Shown one piece after another: positions 11,578 through 21,216 of a stretch of 64,000 bases of DNA. This DNA is from an uncultured Gammaproteobacteria bacterium. GTDB lineage: Bacteria > Pseudomonadota > Gammaproteobacteria > UBA4575. Each line of letters opens with the position of its first letter. Positions within the stretch are counted from its first letter, which is position 1. The position numbers and the translations under genes are program-made. Location: assembly GCA_951812785.1 (NCBI GenBank), contig OX638335.1, forward strand, positions 1,291,902-1,355,901, read 5' to 3'. The notes beneath the pieces are model-generated. The model ran no database searches. It was not told the origin of the DNA and worked only from the letters and a program-made list of their open reading frames with translations.

Positions 11578-12867
11578 TTATTGGCGTTGTTTCACAATGT
11601 TATCAAATGGTTCTTTGTTTTCCGTCTTAATGACTTTCGCTAAGATCATACCCACCACTTGATCTTCCATCACTAATGATTCAACGCTAGCACGCGCTTG
11701 GTTATTAGTACTGTAATACTGAATGACCTGCTCACTGTCTGCATACTGACTAGCCAACTGTTCTATACGCTGATTGACCAATTGCGCATCTACTTGCATG
11801 TTTTCCTTGCTAACAATTTCACCAATAATGAGTCCCAATTTTACTCGACGCTTAGCTTCATCTTCAAACAAGTTATCTGGCAATTCAGAGTCTGTTTCCA
11901 TTTTGAAATTTTCCAACGCTTGTTTGCGAAGCGCTTCTACTTCTTGCCTGATCATAGAATCAGGCAGTGGTAGTTCATTATTTTCCAGCAAAACTTCCAT
12001 CACCGCTTCTTTAGATTTCACTTTCAACTGTTTTTGTAGTTCTGTGTTTAACGATGATTTAATCTTTGTTTTTAGCGCATCTACCGTTCCATCGACACCA
12101 AATGCACTTATAAATTCATCATTAATTTCTGGCAACACACCCTCTTCTACTTTCTTAACTGCAACATCAAAGGTCGCCTCTTTTCCCGCAAGCTCACTAT
12201 TTCCATACTCTTCAGGGAAAGTAACAGCAAAATTCTTATTTTCGCCAGCTTTTAGCCCCAACAAGTTATCTTCAAATCCAGCAATCATGCCACCATCACC
12301 TAATACCAATGGAAAATCTTCTGCTTTACCGCCTTCAAACTCTACGTCATCTACTTTTCCAATAAAATCTAGCGTAATACGTTGTTCATTCTTACAAGCA
12401 CCTTCTACTTCATACCACTCCATACGTTGTTTGCGCATTTGCTCTAGAGTGAGATCCACATCTGCATCTCTCACTTCCGAGACAGGCACAGTCACCTCAA
12501 GCTCATTGAAATCACATATAGTAAATTCTGGAAAAACATCAAATGTTGCGACAAAGATCGGATCTTGGCCATTCTCTACTTTTTGAGGTTCGATATTTGG
12601 CGCTGTTGCAGGACGTAACTTTTCTTGAAGAACGGCATCGCGATAACTTGCTTGCATTTCATCGGCCATCACTTCTTGATTAACCTGCGCACCATAACGC
12701 TGGCGCACAACATTCATCGGAACCTTACCCGGTCGAAAACCATCTATCTTCACTCGACCCTTCAAACTATTAAGACGCTGGCTTACTTCTTTCTCAACTT
12801 TATCTGTTGGAATGGTAATGGTAATTTTTCTTCCGAGCTCGCTCGTTTCTTCAACCGATACTTGCAC
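11578..12867 (-). CDS. tig: trigger factor
   Basis: 429 aa beginning MQVSVEETSELGRKITITIP, with an FKBP-type PPIase middle domain. It lies in the conserved position upstream of clpP. Confidence 0.95.
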   Translation of the reverse strand: MQVSVEETSELGRKITITIPTDKVEKEVSQRLNSLKGRVKIDGFRPGKVPMNVVRQRYGAQVNQEVMADEMQASYRDAVLQEKLRPATAPNIEPQKVENGQDPIFVATFDVFPEFTICDFNELEVTVPVSEVRDADVDLTLEQMRKQRMEWYEVEGACKNEQRITLDFIGKVDDVEFEGGKAEDFPLVLGDGGMIAGFEDNLLGLKAGENKNFAVTFPEEYGNSELAGKEATFDVAVKKVEEGVLPEINDEFISAFGVDGTVDALKTKIKSSLNTELQKQLKVKSKEAVMEVLLENNELPLPDSMIRQEVEALRKQALENFKMETDSELPDNLFEDEAKRRVKLGLIIGEIVSKENMQVDAQLVNQRIEQLASQYADSEQVIQYYSTNNQARASVESLVMEDQVVGMILAKVIKTENKEPFDNIVKQRQ

Positions 12868-12946
12868 TAATCACTAATCCTCAAAGGAAATATATAAATG
12901 GAGTTTGCCTTAGCCTAAACAGGCTTGATTTGATATTGATGATTAA

Positions 12947-13031
<85 letters not shown>

Positions 13032-13166
13032 ATAATCATCTACCGACTACAGCGTGCTAGTATAACTTGAAATACGTCCGATAGTTAGATGCTATCCCAC
13101 TAGCAATATAAGACTGGCTACTCAGTAGCCATACCGATATTTAACAACAAGTAACAAATAAATCAT

Positions 13167-14033
13167 ATGGCCCGAGTCTGTATTATTGTTATCTATTTTT
13201 TTATTATCTGCACATTTGGTTGCTTGCTCGCCTATCCTATCCACCTCATCAGCGGCGCAAATTTCGAGCGCATCTTATCCCGAACAATATTAATTTTAGC
13301 GGCTTTACTATTTTACCCAACGTGTCGATTATTAAACATAAACAACTTCATCTCATTAGGTTTTAGTCGGGAAAATATCACTTCAACCGCAGTTCGCGCA
13401 TGGTTAATTGGTGTAGTCATGCTGACGCCCATTTCTATATTTTTTCTGTCTTGCGAATTCAGATTATGGGAACCGGCCCCACAAAATTTACTAGAACCCT
13501 TAACAGTCATTGCTAGCGCAATTATATCCGGATGCATTATTGGCTTAATTGAAGAAACTTTATTTCGCGGTTTACTTCAATCACAACTAAGTACAACAAT
13601 GAATTCATTGTGGGCAATCATTATTGTTAGCACTATCTATAGTAGCGTTCATTTTCTGCAAGCGCCTGAATTTGATTCAACACTCACTATTCATTGGTAT
13701 AGCGGATTCACATTGCTATCTTCAGCATTGGCAAACATTAGCAACTCAAGTGCATTTTTATTAGATGCTTGGGTTGCACTGTTCTTAGCAGGTCTATTTT
13801 TATCACTAGTACGCTTACACACTAATAATATTTTATGGTGTATTGGTATACATGCCGGATGGGTCGCACACATTAAAGTGTTAAAAAAATTTACTGACCG
13901 AGATAGTTCTGCTCAATGTGGAAACCTTGCCAGCAGCTACGATAGTTTTATTGGCGAGCTAAGCGCTGCCTGGATTTTGCTAATACTGGCTAGTTGGGCA
14001 TTACTACATTACCGCAAATCACTTACTGGCTAA
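13167..14033 (+). CDS. CPBP (CAAX protease / bacteriocin-processing, Abi) family intramembrane metalloprotease
   Basis: 288 aa polytopic membrane protein. It carries the three CPBP motifs: IEETLFRG (EExxxR), YSSVHF (FxxxH) and GIHAGWV (HxxxN/W-type). Confidence 0.7.
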   Translation: MARVCIIVIYFFIICTFGCLLAYPIHLISGANFERILSRTILILAALLFYPTCRLLNINNFISLGFSRENITSTAVRAWLIGVVMLTPISIFFLSCEFRLWEPAPQNLLEPLTVIASAIISGCIIGLIEETLFRGLLQSQLSTTMNSLWAIIIVSTIYSSVHFLQAPEFDSTLTIHWYSGFTLLSSALANISNSSAFLLDAWVALFLAGLFLSLVRLHTNNILWCIGIHAGWVAHIKVLKKFTDRDSSAQCGNLASSYDSFIGELSAAWILLILASWALLHYRKSLTG

Positions 14034-14662
14034 TCACTCGCTTCCAACCAATCAAATAAGGGTCTAATACCCAGATTTCATTTTCACGCCTGATATATGG
14101 AATATCGCGCGCATAGTCTCCTTGCCATATATTATTATCAAAATTCTGCTCGCCTAAATACAGGCGCTGTTTCTCTTCATCCACTTTCAACACTACCGCA
14201 ACGTGGCCTGTGCTATAAAACGCACGCGAATAAATCAATAGATCTCCGCGTTGTAAGCCATGTTGCTTATCACCATTCAAAAATATTAATAAACGGTTTT
14301 TGAGTCTGCTTATCAGGCGTAACCACATAATCTAATTGCCAAATATCAGCAGCCACATCCACATCACCATAGACAACTTTTTTATTAATTAACAACCACC
14401 TGCGCGCATACTCTACACACTGCCATTTAATTCCGGTAAATGTTTCATCAATTAAAAATGGTACGGGATTAACACATGTATTATTACAATTTGAGAATGC
14501 TTTAACGCCGAATGTAGATTCACCTAAAACCTCGCCGTAACCAACAGCGCAGTCTTGAGAACAGTACTGCGGTAATTCATCTGCATAACTGACAACAACT
14601 GGCACAAGCAGGCAATAAGTAAAAAATATTCGCATGAATCTCTTCATATAACCTTTACTCAA
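14023..14662 (-). pseudogene. secreted CHAP-domain amidase (glutathionylspermidine-amidase-like), split by a frameshift in an A5/T5 homopolymer
   Basis: Two overlapping ORFs, 14270..14662 and 14023..14328, together make one CHAP domain. A signal peptide (MKRFMRIFFTYCLLVPVVVSYA) is followed by the catalytic Cys in WQCVEYARRWL in the upstream ORF. The catalytic His (STGHVAVV) lies in the downstream ORF. Deleting one A from the run at 14279-14283 fuses ...KPFINI to LNGDKQHGLQRGDLLIYS... in frame. Confidence 0.7.
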
Positions 14663-14770
14663 GTTTATTTATTTCAGACACAATTTTCTTTTTGACCGCA
14701 TCTATAGCTTGATCTATCTGCTGGTAACTTTCATCTTGATCCAATGTGATGCCTTGCGCATATTGTTGCA

Positions 14771-14806
14771 CACTACAAACAAGGCAAACGAGTCTGTTAC
14801 ACAGAC
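14771..14806 (-). terminator. rho-independent terminator candidate downstream of the His/Arg/Pro tRNA cluster
   Basis: The minus-strand RNA would read GUCUGU-GUA-ACAGAC followed by UCGUUUGCCUUGUUUGU. It lies inside the Cys-rich 63-aa ORF at 14655..14846 in the ORF track, which argues that ORF is spurious. Confidence 0.4.
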
Positions 14807-15067
14807 ACTGGCATAGCGTAGCTAATATCCTTAACTGCCAGCACATGAGACTAACCAGATTTTATATCGCCTTAATCATCATTACTATCAAAGCGAGCAT
14901 ATAAAACCACTTCTTGTAGTTCAGTTAGCTCCTGCATCATAAAGAAACCAGCTTAGCGAATATTTTTATTCGACTCTGTGGATTCATTTCGCCTATGTTG
15001 ATTAGCGAACTAATAAGATCATGGAATGGGAATGCAGGAAAAAGTTGTTGTTATCGCATACGCAAGG

Positions 15068-15144
15068 TGGGGTGAACGATGGGACTCGAACCCACGACGA
15101 CTGGAATCACAATCCAGGGCTCTACCAACTGAGCTACGCTCACC
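15068..15144 (-). tRNA. tRNA-His (anticodon GTG)
   Basis: The reverse complement reads GGTGAGCGTAGCTCAGTTGGTAGAGCCCTGGATTGTGATTCCAGTCGTCGTGGGTTCGAGTCCCATCGTTCACCCCA. It has the extra 5' G characteristic of tRNA-His and is close to E. coli hisR. Confidence 0.9.
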
Positions 15145-15235
15145 ATAACAACCTGGTTAACTATTATGTGGCTATCAGCAATTTGGAATTGCTTATTGTC
15201 TATTTTTTGCAAGTTCTACTACCTACACGCAAATA

Positions 15236-15312
15236 TGGTGCGCCCGGCAGGACTCGAACCTGCAACCCCCGCCTTAGAAGGGCGATGCTCTATCCAGTTG
15301 AGCTACAGGCGC
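15236..15312 (-). tRNA. tRNA-Arg (anticodon TCT)
   Basis: The reverse complement reads GCGCCTGTAGCTCAACTGGATAGAGCATCGCCCTTCTAAGGCGGGGGTTGCAGGTTCGAGTCCTGCCGGGCGCACCA, with a CTTCTAA anticodon loop. Confidence 0.88.
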
Positions 15313-15431
15313 AGAAAACATCCACGTACCATTGTTTTACAGCAGTCAATGGTAGACATTATGACGTACAAGTCAACTTAAGAAAGCCTATTCTAAACAA
15401 TACAATAGTAAGTGAAACAATTTGTAAGTAT

Positions 15432-15508
15432 TGGTCGGGGCAGAGGGATTTGAACCCCCGACCCTCTGCTCCCAAAGCAGATGCGCTACCAGGCTGCGCT
15501 ATGCCCCG
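15432..15508 (-). tRNA. tRNA-Pro (anticodon TGG)
   Basis: The reverse complement reads CGGGGCATAGCGCAGCCTGGTAGCGCATCTGCTTTGGGAGCAGAGGGTCGGGGGTTCAAATCCCTCTGCCCCGACCA. The anticodon loop is TTTGGGA, and it is close to E. coli proM. Confidence 0.9.
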
Positions 15509-15682
15509 AACTGACTTGATTAACCATTCATCGAGAATAGTCGAGTGCGCGGAAGGATACGCGTAATAGATAGCAATCGTCAACCAATTCTAAAATAGAT
15601 TATCGAATAGCCAAATGTCTTTTCCAGCTGGCCTGTATTCATTATGATACACCGCTTAAATCAACCACCAAATAGGCACCCA

Positions 15683-16264
15683 ATGAAATCTATTTACATC
15701 TCTAGTGTTTTTATGTGCTTGTTACTAGCTATATTAGGAAACACAACCATGAGTGAAACAAATCCCAAAGTGCAACTTGAAACCAGCAAAGGCAATATTG
15801 TTATCGAGTTAAATGCTGAAAAAGCACCCAAGTCAGTAGACAACTTCCTAACGTACGTAAAATCAGGCCACTATGATGGCACCATCTTTCATCGTGTGAT
15901 CCCTGCTTTCATGATTCAGGGCGGCGGCTTTGATGGTGACATGAAACAGAAAACTACCAATGCAACTATTCAGAACGAAGCTAATAATGGGCTTAAAAAT
16001 GTTAAAGGCTCTATTGCTATGGCACGCACATCAGCGCCTCATTCCGCAACAGCGCAGTTCTTCATCAACGTCGCTGACAATGCTTTTCTAGATTTCACTA
16101 GCGAGTCTCCACAAGGTTGGGGTTATGCAGTATTCGGCCAAGTCACTGAAGGATTAGATATCGTATCGACCATTGAAGAAGTCACCACAGGCAATCAGGG
16201 CGGCCATCAAGACGTACCTATAGAACCTGTTGTTATCCAAAAAGCTACTTTACTGGAGCAATAA
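15683..16264 (+). CDS. ppiA: periplasmic cyclophilin-type peptidyl-prolyl cis-trans isomerase (PpiA-like)
   Basis: The signal peptide [19 protein letters not shown] is followed by the cyclophilin core [14 protein letters not shown]...[21 protein letters not shown]. The start is placed at the Met at 15683 rather than the ORF-track start at 15644. Confidence 0.85.
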   Translation: MKSIYISSVFMCLLLAILGNTTMSETNPKVQLETSKGNIVIELNAEKAPKSVDNFLTYVKSGHYDGTIFHRVIPAFMIQGGGFDGDMKQKTTNATIQNEANNGLKNVKGSIAMARTSAPHSATAQFFINVADNAFLDFTSESPQGWGYAVFGQVTEGLDIVSTIEEVTTGNQGGHQDVPIEPVVIQKATLLEQ

Positions 16265-16266
16265 AA

Positions 16267-16995
16267 ATGTCTGAGACTTTATTTGTCTCAGATGTTCACT
16301 TAGATGTGAAGAGATCGACTGTTATCGATCTCTTCAATCAATTCTTACTTCAACGCGCCCTCTATGCTGACGCAGTCTATATTCTCGGCGACTTGTTTGA
16401 ATATTGGATCGGTGACGATGCACCGTACCAAGAATATCAATCAACGTTTAGTGCATTAAAAAAAGTCAACGAATCGAATACACCTGTCTATTTTCTACAT
16501 GGCAATAGGGATTTTTTAATTGCTAAAAAATTTGCCGAACAAACCGGCGTATCCCTATTAGCAGAAGAACATGTAGCCAACATTTACGGTCAAAATATTT
16601 TGTTAATGCACGGAGATACACTTTGCATTGATGATGTTGCTTATCAGCGTTTCAGAAAAAAAACCCATAACAAATGGCTACAGTGGATAGCTTTACATCT
16701 TCCCCTGTCTACCCGCCAATCGCTCGCCCAACGCTTGAGAGACACCTCAACACAAGCAACTGCAGAAAAACATGCGGACATCATGGATGTAAATCAATCA
16801 GCCGTTGTAGCTGCAATGCAAAGAAATAACACAAAGACTTTAATACACGGTCACACACACCGGCCTGGCATTCATAATTTTGAAATTGGTTCAGCAACTT
16901 ATAAGCGTGCTGTGCTTGGAGACTGGTACACACAAGGCAGTGTGATCTCTGCAAATCCCGGTGGAATTAACCTAGAAATCTTTTCTTCAATCTAA
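16267..16995 (+). CDS. lpxH: UDP-2,3-diacylglucosamine diphosphatase LpxH
   Basis: 242 aa reading MSETLFVSDVHLD...YILGDLFEYWIGDD...GNRDF, which are the calcineurin-like LpxH motifs. The ppi-lpxH adjacency matches E. coli. Confidence 0.9.
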   Translation: MSETLFVSDVHLDVKRSTVIDLFNQFLLQRALYADAVYILGDLFEYWIGDDAPYQEYQSTFSALKKVNESNTPVYFLHGNRDFLIAKKFAEQTGVSLLAEEHVANIYGQNILLMHGDTLCIDDVAYQRFRKKTHNKWLQWIALHLPLSTRQSLAQRLRDTSTQATAEKHADIMDVNQSAVVAAMQRNNTKTLIHGHTHRPGIHNFEIGSATYKRAVLGDWYTQGSVISANPGGINLEIFSSI

Positions 16996-16997
16996 AA

Positions 16998-17780
16998 TTA
17001 AGATAACGAGTTTAATTCCACCTGACTAAAACCCGCTTGCTCACGCGCATCTATATATAACGGCCCGTTACCTGTAGTCACATTATATTGTTTCAACAAA
17101 GAGATAAACGTTGATTCAGAATCAATATTTTGCCGCTCGCATGCATAACGAAACCACCGAGTACCAATTTCGACATGGCCAATTTCATCATGCAAAATAA
17201 TTTTTAAAATTCTAACTGTTTCAATATCACCCACTGTCTCTAATCGATCAATCATACCCGGCGTAACATCTAACCCTCTCGCTTCTAACACTCTAGGTAC
17301 CAATGCCATGCGTTCTACAATGCTATGTTGGGTTTTTATCGCCATTTCCCATAGACCATTATGCGCAAGATGTTGCCCATAACTAGATTTTAATTGTTGC
17401 AACCGATCACTTAGTAATAAAAAATGCTTGGATTCTTCTGTGGCTACCTTCATCCAGTCGATATAGTAGTCACGCGGCATATCTTGGAAACGATATACCG
17501 CATCTAAAGCTAAATTAATCGCATTGAATTCTATGTGACAAATCGCATGTACTAAGGCAACACGACCTTGCTCGGTGGTTAATTTACGTTGCGCCACCTT
17601 ACTCGGATGTACTAGTTCAGGTTGGGCAGGACGCCCAGGAATTTCTATTCTATCAATCAATTCATGCTTCGACAGATCAACTGTCGAAGAGGTTAAATCA
17701 CTATAAAGCTGATCAACTAATTTGATTTTTGTTAGCGGATCATCTTCCAATAATGCATTTTTGGCTTGAGCAAAAAACAT
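16998..17780 (-). CDS. DUF455-type ferritin-like domain protein (uncharacterised)
   Basis: 260 aa with the paired helix motifs EESKHF and HDEIGHVEIG expected of a ferritin-like di-iron fold. The family assignment is made from memory. Confidence 0.5.
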   Translation of the reverse strand: MFFAQAKNALLEDDPLTKIKLVDQLYSDLTSSTVDLSKHELIDRIEIPGRPAQPELVHPSKVAQRKLTTEQGRVALVHAICHIEFNAINLALDAVYRFQDMPRDYYIDWMKVATEESKHFLLLSDRLQQLKSSYGQHLAHNGLWEMAIKTQHSIVERMALVPRVLEARGLDVTPGMIDRLETVGDIETVRILKIILHDEIGHVEIGTRWFRYACERQNIDSESTFISLLKQYNVTTGNGPLYIDAREQAGFSQVELNSLS

Positions 17781-17795
17781 TATTGGAAATCTTTC

Positions 17796-19037
17796 TTATA
17801 ATTTTAAAGCAACAACTAAATCCATCACATTCGTGCCAGTTGGGCCTGTCGTTACCAAGTCACCGGTCTTAATGAGATAGTTACCAACATCTGCTGCAGC
17901 CAAATAGTTATTGATATTTAACTCATGACTATTACCGCGTGATACTGTTTGACCATCAACCAAACCACCCGCATCAGGTGTAGGGCCATCAGTGCCATCA
18001 GTGCCTGCTGCTAGAAACACAATATCATCCTCCCCAGACAGTTCTCGCGCCGCAACTGCTGCTAAGTGTTGATTGCGCCCGCCACGACCAGGATGAGACG
18101 GAAGAATTAATGATGTTTCTCCACCCCATATATGAATTCCTGGATTAGCAGAAGATAGTGCCTTGCAAATCTCAATTGCTTTTTGTTCTGCGTCACCTTC
18201 CATAAACTCGTCGTAAACCGTGACATCCAACCCTAATGATTGCGCACATTTTTCTGCCGCTACTTTTGCATCATCCAATGTGGCAATAACATGCGTAGTG
18301 ATATTTGAAAATAATACTTGTTTTGGCGCAGGCGTAAACGTGACACCATCAAGAATAGAAGTAATTGAGTCTGGCAAATCAACTTGGTTAATATCTTCTT
18401 GTACTGGCGTTAATGGCCCAGAACCAATCACCGCTGGATCATCACCTGGCACATCAGAAATTAGTAACGCCAGCGTTTCACGTCCATTAATAAAGTTGGC
18501 TAGTCTACCTCCTTTAATATGAGAAATTGCTCTTCTTGCTTGGTTCATTTGAGTAATATCATAACCAATAGACAGCAATACTTTGTTCAATTGCGCCAAC
18601 TTTTCCAGCGACATACCATCGGCTAATACTTCCATCAAACTTGAAGCACCACCAGAAAATAGCACGAGAAATTTAGCATCTTGAGGTGAATTCTCGACAA
18701 AATCGACCAATGCTTTTCCTGCTGCCAAACTTGGTTCGCCAGGCACTGGATGGTCTGATTCCATCGTAACAATGTTTTTATAAGCACGCAGTTCATCTTC
18801 AGTGTGATTATGTTTAGTAATCACTAAACCGGCAACAACCTGATTTTTTAACACAGACAACGCTCCAAGCGACATTGAAGATGCTGCTTTACCTACCGCT
18901 ATCAAGTAGTACTCACCAAGCAATGGGTTATTACCCAAGAATTCTACGACCGCATTATTTCCTTTAACACGCGCAACGCCGGCTTCAAATATTTTAAGCA
19001 CTTGACCACGTGCTTGTTTAAGTTGTTGTGCATCCAT
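17796..19037 (-). CDS. glycerate 2-kinase, MOFRL family (GckA/TtuD-like)
   Basis: 413 aa with the MOFRL N- and C-terminal signatures, including LIAVGKAASSM, LFSGGASSLME and GGETSLILPSHPGRGGRNQHLA. Confidence 0.75.
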   Translation of the reverse strand: MDAQQLKQARGQVLKIFEAGVARVKGNNAVVEFLGNNPLLGEYYLIAVGKAASSMSLGALSVLKNQVVAGLVITKHNHTEDELRAYKNIVTMESDHPVPGEPSLAAGKALVDFVENSPQDAKFLVLFSGGASSLMEVLADGMSLEKLAQLNKVLLSIGYDITQMNQARRAISHIKGGRLANFINGRETLALLISDVPGDDPAVIGSGPLTPVQEDINQVDLPDSITSILDGVTFTPAPKQVLFSNITTHVIATLDDAKVAAEKCAQSLGLDVTVYDEFMEGDAEQKAIEICKALSSANPGIHIWGGETSLILPSHPGRGGRNQHLAAVAARELSGEDDIVFLAAGTDGTDGPTPDAGGLVDGQTVSRGNSHELNINNYLAAADVGNYLIKTGDLVTTGPTGTNVMDLVVALKL

Positions 19038-19098
19038 AAGATTACTTTTAGCTAATTTAACGAAATGCGCGAGAATACAATAGAAAATAGCCGCTTGC

Positions 19099-19128
19099 GA
19101 ATAGTTTTAAACTCTGTCGGAACTATTC
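19099..19128 (-). terminator. weak hairpin/U-run just after the L,D-transpeptidase stop (end of the dedD-cvpA-purF-ldt transcription unit?)
   Basis: The minus-strand RNA would read GAAUAGUU-14 nt-AACUAUUC, followed by ...GGCUAUUUUCUAUUG. It has an AU-rich stem and is a low-confidence call. Confidence 0.25.
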
Positions 19129-19676
19129 TAAACGATATAGACAAAAGTTCCGACTGATACTTGCTGACAGAGATCAATGATATCCATGTTGGACATTCTT
19201 ATGCATCCATGCGATGCCGGAGAACCTAGCAGCCCTTCTTCATGAGTGCCATGGATATATATGTAACGCTGAAAAGAGTCAACACCTTCGCCGCAGTTTT
19301 TGTTTTCTTCTAGTCCTTGCAGCCAGAGTATTCTAGTAAGAATTAGATCCAAGTCTGAAGACTTTGCTTCACTTACAATGTCAGCCTTTTCCCCTGTTGC
19401 AACACGTCCCACGAAGATTTCGTTAGCTTTATTTTCACTACCAATTTTTTGTGCGATCTGATGGGCGCCTGTTGGTGTCATCAAACTATCTCGCTGACAA
19501 CCCATACCATATTTCGATGTAGAGATTGGAAATTTATGAGACTGCAATTTGCTATCAATCATGTATAGCTGCTGCGCGCTAGAATCCACTATCAACCAGG
19601 GATTAGTTATATGATTGGAAAATTTTTCAACGACCTCTAAACAAGCATTCTCCAAATTAATTGGCAGTAAAGACAA
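19128..19676 (-). CDS. L,D-transpeptidase (YkuD/ErfK) domain protein
   Basis: 182 aa with the catalytic signature YIHGT...GSPASHGCIRM. Confidence 0.8.
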   Translation of the reverse strand: MSLLPINLENACLEVVEKFSNHITNPWLIVDSSAQQLYMIDSKLQSHKFPISTSKYGMGCQRDSLMTPTGAHQIAQKIGSENKANEIFVGRVATGEKADIVSEAKSSDLDLILTRILWLQGLEENKNCGEGVDSFQRYIYIHGTHEEGLLGSPASHGCIRMSNMDIIDLCQQVSVGTFVYIV

Positions 19677-19689
19677 AGTACTAACCGAC

Positions 19690-21207
19690 TTACAAATTAC
19701 TAATCAAGTCTACACCTGTAAGATCTTGCTCTTTTTCTTGTTTCTGTTTAGCTTTGCTTTCATCACTACGAACCACTTCTAACGAACGAAGATATTCATC
19801 GCCTATACCAGTAATATAGTCACCAGTGAACACTGATGTTTCAAATTGTTTTAATTTTTTATTGCCCTTGCGCACCGACCAAATCAAGTCATCAATATCT
19901 TGGTAAAACAGCTTGTCCGCACCAATCTCTTCACATATCTCATTAACGTTTTTACCATGCGCTATCAGCTCAGCCGCTGCCGGCATATCAATACCATAAA
20001 TATTCTGATAGCGGACTGGTGGAGAAGCTGACGCAAAGTAGACGTTCTTAGCACCTGCGTCTCTTGCCATTTGAACAATTTCTTTTGAAGTCGTACCACG
20101 TACAATAGAATCATCAACTAACAAAACGTTTTTGTTTTTATACTCTAGAATAATCGGATTAAGCTTTTGACGTACTGATTTCTTGCGCTGAATTTGACCT
20201 GGCATAATAAACGTTCGGCCTATGTAACGATTTTTGATAAACCCTTCTCTGTATTTACAGCCGAGAATATGCGCCGTTTCCAATGCGGCAGTTCGACTAG
20301 TATCTGGAATAGGAATAACCACATCAATATCTTGATTAGACCACACTTTAAGAATTTTTTCGGCTAGCTTTTGCCCCATACGCATGCGCGCTTTTTGCAC
20401 ATATACATTTTCAATGATCGAATCAGGACGAGCAAAATACACATGCTCAAAAATACACGGCGCATGCACACCTTCATCCACACAGATCTGAGAATGAAAC
20501 TGACCTTGCTCATCAATCAGTATTGCTTCGCCTGGTTTCACATCGCGAACTAGCTCGTAACCTAAAACATCTAAGGCAACACTCTCAGAAGCCACCATGT
20601 ATTGCATGCCGTTACCGGTTTCCTTAACACCGTAAACTAGCGGACGAATACCATACGGATCACGAAATGTCAGAATTCCCATCCCACAAATCATAGATAC
20701 AACCGCGTATGCACCCTCACAACGGCGATGTACCCCGCGCACCGCATCAAAAATTGTTCTCGGCGATAATTGTCTTTGCCCCGAATGGAGTAATTCATGC
20801 GCAAGCACATTTAATAATATTTCCGAATCGGAATTGGTATTGATATGACGACGATCATCAATATACAATTCTTGCTTCAGTGCTTCTGCATTAGTCAAAT
20901 TACCGTTATGGGCCAACGTTAAACCATAAGGAGAATTCACATAAAATGGCTGAGCTTCAGCCGAAGAAGAACTTCCAGCCGTGGGATATCTCACATGCGC
21001 AATTCCCATATTTCCTTGCATTTGTTGCATATGACGATCTTGGAATACATCTCGCACCAACCCATTACCTTTGCGCTGGAAAATGCGATTTCCATCAGAA
21101 GTAGCAATGCCCGCGGCATCTTGGCCACGATGTTGTAATACCGTGAGTCCGTCGTACAACTCTTGGTTGAGTTGCTGACTACCAATAATTCCTACGATTC
21201 CACACAT
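19690..21207 (-). CDS. purF: amidophosphoribosyltransferase
   Basis: 505 aa with the MCGIVGI N-terminal nucleophile and a PRTase domain. Confidence 0.96.
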   Translation of the reverse strand: MCGIVGIIGSQQLNQELYDGLTVLQHRGQDAAGIATSDGNRIFQRKGNGLVRDVFQDRHMQQMQGNMGIAHVRYPTAGSSSSAEAQPFYVNSPYGLTLAHNGNLTNAEALKQELYIDDRRHINTNSDSEILLNVLAHELLHSGQRQLSPRTIFDAVRGVHRRCEGAYAVVSMICGMGILTFRDPYGIRPLVYGVKETGNGMQYMVASESVALDVLGYELVRDVKPGEAILIDEQGQFHSQICVDEGVHAPCIFEHVYFARPDSIIENVYVQKARMRMGQKLAEKILKVWSNQDIDVVIPIPDTSRTAALETAHILGCKYREGFIKNRYIGRTFIMPGQIQRKKSVRQKLNPIILEYKNKNVLLVDDSIVRGTTSKEIVQMARDAGAKNVYFASASPPVRYQNIYGIDMPAAAELIAHGKNVNEICEEIGADKLFYQDIDDLIWSVRKGNKKLKQFETSVFTGDYITGIGDEYLRSLEVVRSDESKAKQKQEKEQDLTGVDLISNL

Positions 21208-21216
21208 AATAATCCT

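Noticed and set aside
11774-12586. A 270-aa plus-strand ORF, with similar long antisense ORFs at 28264..28776, 6939..7328 and 8811..9371
   Set aside because: These are antisense to tig, fimV and lon respectively. They are Ser- and Thr-rich low-complexity translations with no start-site context, typical antisense frame artefacts.
14655-14846. A 63-aa ORF upstream of the CHAP gene (MCWQLRILATLCQCLCNRLVCLVC...)
   Set aside because: The N-terminal half is Cys- and Leu-rich and of low complexity, and it contains a hairpin plus U-tract terminator (14771-14806). It is most likely non-coding sequence downstream of the tRNA operon. The 8-nt overlap with the CHAP TTG start is not meaningful because the real CHAP start is probably the ATG of MKRFMRIFF.
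15021-15566. A 181-aa plus-strand ORF, together with ORFs 15166..15381 and 15359..15583, overlying the tRNA cluster
   Set aside because: These ORFs exist only because the minus-strand tRNA-His/Arg/Pro genes and their AT-rich spacers contain no stop codons in that frame. The translations, for example ...GTRTHDDWNHNPGLYQLSYAHH, are the tRNA sequences read as protein.
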